Source of the DNA: Armatimonadota bacterium
GTDB lineage: Bacteria; Armatimonadota; Fimbriimonadia; Fimbriimonadales; GBS-DC
Length of the DNA stretch: 64,000 bases
Direction of reading: 5' to 3'
NCBI GenBank assembly: GCA_037445735.1
Contig: JBBIJY010000002.1
Span: 64,001-128,000, forward strand
Below, one piece after another: positions 61,101-64,000 of the stretch. The notes under the pieces are model-generated. The model did no database searches. It was given only the letters and a program-made list of their open reading frames with translations, and was not told the origin of the DNA. The stretch's first letter is position 1; each line of letters opens with the position of its first letter. Both the position numbers and the translations under genes were made by a program.

Positions 61101-62915
61101 AGGGCTATTGGAATTATTATAGATTCGTGCCTGACCCGTGATTCGGCAGCGCAGGTAGCCTGTCGGGTTGCCGTTCGCATCGCGCTCTATGATGAGCTGC
61201 TCGCCTTTGGCGCCGAGCCAGAACGCCTGCACGCCCTGTAGCGTTTGCGTGCCCTGTCCGCTGATGTCGCGTTGCGTGCCCAGATAGATGACCAGATCGC
61301 TGCCGCCGCCCTGCCCGCGATTGGGCACATAGCCCGCCACCGGCGGCACCAGCCAGTCGCCGATGCTGCTGTTGCGCGGCTGATACCACTCGGGATTCAT
61401 CACGGGGTTCCGATCATCCGTAATGATATAGCGCGGTTCGGTGCCGTCGCCCAGATCGATTGCCCAGAAGCCTGCCGAGGGGCGCGTGCTGACCGTCAGC
61501 GTCGTGGGCACGATCAGCATATTATCCACCGCGATTGGCGCAGGCACAGGATAGTTTTGCAGAGCGGGCGAGGTGGCATTTGCACCGCCTGGCGCAGAGA
61601 GCGACCAGACGCGCTGCCCCTGGGGTACAATCCGCCCTGTGTTCGGGTCGCGCGGCAGCAGCCAGAAGCCGGCCGCCTCGCTCCCCGTGGACACAACCAC
61701 CTGCGTGCCCTTCTGAGTCTCCACAATGACGGGCGGCGACACCTTGCTGGTGCCCAGATTGAACTCCCACACCTTATCGAATCGCTCGCCACGCTCCAGG
61801 TCAGGTACGCCGTCATCGGTGCGCCCGTCGCCGTCCAGATCGCGGTTCGGATTCGCATCGTAGCAGATGAGCTTGTCGTTGACCGTTGCTAACACCAGCC
61901 CGCCATACACCACCACGCCGCCGTTCTGGCGAGTAAGGTTAACCTGTGCGTCTTTCCAGAAGGTGGCTAACGGTGCGCCGTATCGTTCGGGTGTCGAGTT
62001 GGCGCGTCGCATGTTGAGCATATCGCTGGTGCTGTTGCTCGCCCAGCGCAGCAGGTTATAGGCGAACTTCAATTCGAGGGTGGGCACCGCCTCGATGCGG
62101 TCGGCACGAGCCGTATCGGGGATGGAGTTGTCCATGCGCACCATCGGCGCATTGATGGCGGCGGCGATGCCCGCCGCGCTCACGATGATGCGCCCTGCGC
62201 CGTAAGTGCCCGCCGCAATCACAAGCTGCGACGCGCTGACGCCCGCCACCGGTTGCAGCAGTGGCTCCTGCACATTGATGATGCCGCCGCCGAAGCCGCG
62301 CCCGCGCGCCCCGATTCGCGCAATCTCGGCGGGCGCAAGTGTGTAATAGCCTCGCAGAAGCGGATGGTTCAGATTCACAAAGTTGATTGCTCCAGTGCCC
62401 GCGCTGAAATTCATTCGCGGGAAGAACAGCTCGCCCGTGCTGCCATTCGCGGGCAGGTCAATCCACAGGATGCCGCCCCCGTCCACAAAGCGGCGCAGCT
62501 TCTCCCGCATCTCGATGGTCATCCCGTTCAGAGTCGTGCGGCTCAACAGCAGAATCCGGTAGCGGGCGAGTTGCGTATCGCTCACCTTGCTCAGATTGAC
62601 CAGCCAGTAGGCAGCCTGATGGCGCCCTGTGCCAGCGGGCGCCAGCGGGTTCTGGAACGACAGCCCTGGCGGCTTGATGTCGTTGCGCTGATCCATCGCG
62701 TAGAAGGTGTACACATCGCGCACGACAGAAACAGGATTCCGGCTGCTGACGGAAGCGATTTCCTGATCGTTGAACGCGATGACCCCTGCGTAGATGGGCG
62801 CCACGCGCGGGTCGTAGTTGCGCCCATCCGCCAGCGCGCTCGCCAGCCACAGATTCAGCGCAGCGCCAATCGCCATCAGCCTGCCAATCGGTTTCGCCAT
62901 TTTCATCGCCACCAC
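58191..62915 (-). CDS. Giant secreted protein (about 1570 aa) with N-terminal DUF4159/GATase-like domain and propeller-like region
   Basis: Signal peptide; REKLRRFVDGGGILWID; DLDGDGRTDDG putative Ca-binding loop; start may be 62906. Confidence 0.65.
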   Translation of the reverse strand: MVAMKMAKPIGRLMAIGAALNLWLASALADGRNYDPRVAPIYAGVIAFNDQEIASVSSRNPVSVVRDVYTFYAMDQRNDIKPPGLSFQNPLAPAGTGRHQAAYWLVNLSKVSDTQLARYRILLLSRTTLNGMTIEMREKLRRFVDGGGILWIDLPANGSTGELFFPRMNFSAGTGAINFVNLNHPLLRGYYTLAPAEIARIGARGRGFGGGIINVQEPLLQPVAGVSASQLVIAAGTYGAGRIIVSAAGIAAAINAPMVRMDNSIPDTARADRIEAVPTLELKFAYNLLRWASNSTSDMLNMRRANSTPERYGAPLATFWKDAQVNLTRQNGGVVVYGGLVLATVNDKLICYDANPNRDLDGDGRTDDGVPDLERGERFDKVWEFNLGTSKVSPPVIVETQKGTQVVVSTGSEAAGFWLLPRDPNTGRIVPQGQRVWSLSAPGGANATSPALQNYPVPAPIAVDNMLIVPTTLTVSTRPSAGFWAIDLGDGTEPRYIITDDRNPVMNPEWYQPRNSSIGDWLVPPVAGYVPNRGQGGGSDLVIYLGTQRDISGQGTQTLQGVQAFWLGAKGEQLIIERDANGNPTGYLRCRITGQARIYNNSNSPLRPRVYELNPQTGQITEITDLCTFNFGSPGRVAYAGAVNTNLYYIDYYIDWATANNPSTMMRTFMSLPASQTGSPMPPNNLQGFTLGANGVLYITTGTLTSDGGSSDPNTDNGNLIAVLEQWSSAGTRGGGSVILWRWQSHGGYQQRVTAGGQANMVSVPGATIWNEPNRYLSDFLGPLLNFSHSFPGGAPLAMNFSFIEAPVYANGVVYALGLGTVRLGGFLPIPYTIVLAFDAEPEQFIIDLGAPIATDAPITLTQRDYARSGANPSLFTQVSLTYSPQSPDPLITVDYATGQIRLSGFRQSQAGGSLELLSALSISQPVLVSVGAYNALIDPDRDPLDPGKKLYAGKWDNLLWYAVLLGEVPKGPPVVAGDILYLPMRVALPPNVSDRQEIYGVLGLATDPRRYQPDIGTRHAQAGTIPFPNLGYGSVIRWPFIDDLVNDVQISRNPFAFLREFFRRFIVSLPYTAISPVSIGDGVLVVGTNEGLQIYSRQLTVIADEGRLLEVDSAGQVVWSSENSQLEFATGSFVPAFAKYPLTPNARVYRYGENQFLIVEPERNRLAILNRAGEEERTITGFLPDLLPLRDASGNVTGTLNLRDPNRQGLLGSNYISGTPATLRNPTDVTVWTEFVPDARNPYAVRSSTGWEYWIHYTIADTGNNRVVDIVDRFVVDANTYAIGEPVWHPQLNLPMTGVLYWMTPTLKEGQTYRYVGAQRFEYWDGNMTKIGFATLVQNASARGADPATEPATPEAGMIILQLAEGGADRTLYITRMRLPDGTVVPILAPVAIDTSRVSLVSSGGGGSAVGLFLLVTTSTGIYELQVPLTGTIGDTLPVTWMLTNEAYSLGIRRRLKGLRLQTVDGAPESPPRQPILFKPRQARYLFNGNVLIVNGYSGYTTLVNASGAEEPMEFLGEVLELKASDFNPNDTNPSDGSLLGFSYDSIVWSTADRPAMSGSYQLRKPSAADRAF

Positions 62916-62918
62916 TCC

Positions 62919-64000
62919 TTACGGACGAGCTTCGCCTGCATAAATCGGTTTCGGGCACACGGGCAGTTTCGGGATAGGCGGCAGGATGCGCCCCGGATGT
63001 TGCCCCGACGGATCCTGCGTGCTGTCATAGGCGACGCGAATCGGCTGATTGTTCACGCGCGGGTCGCGCAGGATAGGGTCATAGCGCATGAAGAGATTGA
63101 CCGCATAGCGCCCGCGCCCCGATTGCGTATCGTGGAAGAACTCCTGATGCTGGTCGGGGATGGTCAGTCCCGAGTTGCCGTACTCGATGGGTATCCAGCC
63201 CCATTTGCGCAGCCATTCGGTCTGGTCGCCTAAGGGCGCGGTGAAGTTTTCGGCAATTGCGCCCACGATGGTGATTTTGATGTCGAGCGGCTCGCCATAG
63301 AAGGGAAACTCTGGCGAAGCGACCCCTGCAGGGCGCCGACCGTTGTTCGCTTGCGCGTTCGCGCGTGTGTCGCGCGGGTTGGTGTTGAACCAGTAGCCCG
63401 GTATCACGAAGAAGCAGCCCTCCTGCGCGAACAGCACCGCCTCGATGCGAATATCCAGCGGCTGAACAACTGCCGCACTCAACCGATAGGGCGCGTTATC
63501 GGTCGGCAGCTGGAACTGGCTCGGATTCACCAGCGGCTGAAGCTGCAGCTGCAACAGATTCTCCACGCCGGGCGTCGCGTCCAGCGGATAGTTCGAGCCT
63601 GCCGGGGTCAGCACCAGCGTGAAGGCTATCTTCTCATAGTTCGGATAGACCTGAAAAGTGGTGCGCCCCAGCGGGTACATCGCGGGCGGAAAGCCCAGCA
63701 GATTGAAATTATAAAACGGGTTCTGGTTGAACGACGGGTTCACCAGCAGGTTGATGAACGAGCCGACGCTGGCGGAGGCATGGCGCAGGTGGAGCTTCAG
63801 CCCACCGAAGTTGCCCGTGTAGGTCTGCGGGTCAACCCCGAAGCTGAACTGCAGCTGCATCGGGCGGTTGGGCAGCACCTCAAAATAGAAGGGCGATTCG
63901 GGGTTGGTGGGGTCGCCCTCCGCCACCGACGGGCTTTGCCATGTGCGCCGCACAAACTGCGTCGTGTTCACGCACACATAGTCCTTCGCAATGATTGCCA
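62919..64000 (-). CDS. C-terminal part of a further large protein of the same operon (5' end outside the window)
   Basis: Frame stays open to the window edge; stop lies 3 bp before the next gene; similar composition. Confidence 0.65.
   Translation of the reverse strand, partial: AIIAKDYVCVNTTQFVRRTWQSPSVAEGDPTNPESPFYFEVLPNRPMQLQFSFGVDPQTYTGNFGGLKLHLRHASASVGSFINLLVNPSFNQNPFYNFNLLGFPPAMYPLGRTTFQVYPNYEKIAFTLVLTPAGSNYPLDATPGVENLLQLQLQPLVNPSQFQLPTDNAPYRLSAAVVQPLDIRIEAVLFAQEGCFFVIPGYWFNTNPRDTRANAQANNGRRPAGVASPEFPFYGEPLDIKITIVGAIAENFTAPLGDQTEWLRKWGWIPIEYGNSGLTIPDQHQEFFHDTQSGRGRYAVNLFMRYDPILRDPRVNNQPIRVAYDSTQDPSGQHPGRILPPIPKLPVCPKPIYAGEARP

Overview
High-GC chromosomal window, probably from an Armatimonadota (Fimbriimonadales-like) diderm; the taxonomy is inferred from gene content and C-terminal motifs. 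Housekeeping genes include rpsB-tsf-atpD-atpC, dnaG plus a sigma70 factor, radA, radC, cinA-thpR, trpE, gcvT, hutH, tnaA, plsY, a Rieske/cytochrome b-c pair, an acyl-CoA ligase and an LptD-like gene. Secreted proteins are abundant: four end in a duplicated dockerin-like DxxGDxxVDDxDLLxVLxxFG module, two are PEP-CTERM proteins, and a >12 kb operon encodes giant secreted proteins. Main unusual observations: (1) several palindromic repeat families, including a BIME-like A/B alternating element, one 4-unit copy of which is translated in frame inside the LptD-like gene, plus a GTAG-type REP inside an anti-sigma gene; (2) the dockerin-like tail appears interchangeable with PEP-CTERM; (3) a PlsY-AMMECR1 fusion; (4) a sigma factor at the rpoD position with a divergent region 2.4; (5) atpDC attached to rpsB-tsf; (6) a shared operator upstream of both PEP-CTERM genes; (7) signs of leaderless transcripts. 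No rRNA, tRNA, CRISPR array or intact transposase was recognised. All product calls come from motif recognition, not database searches.
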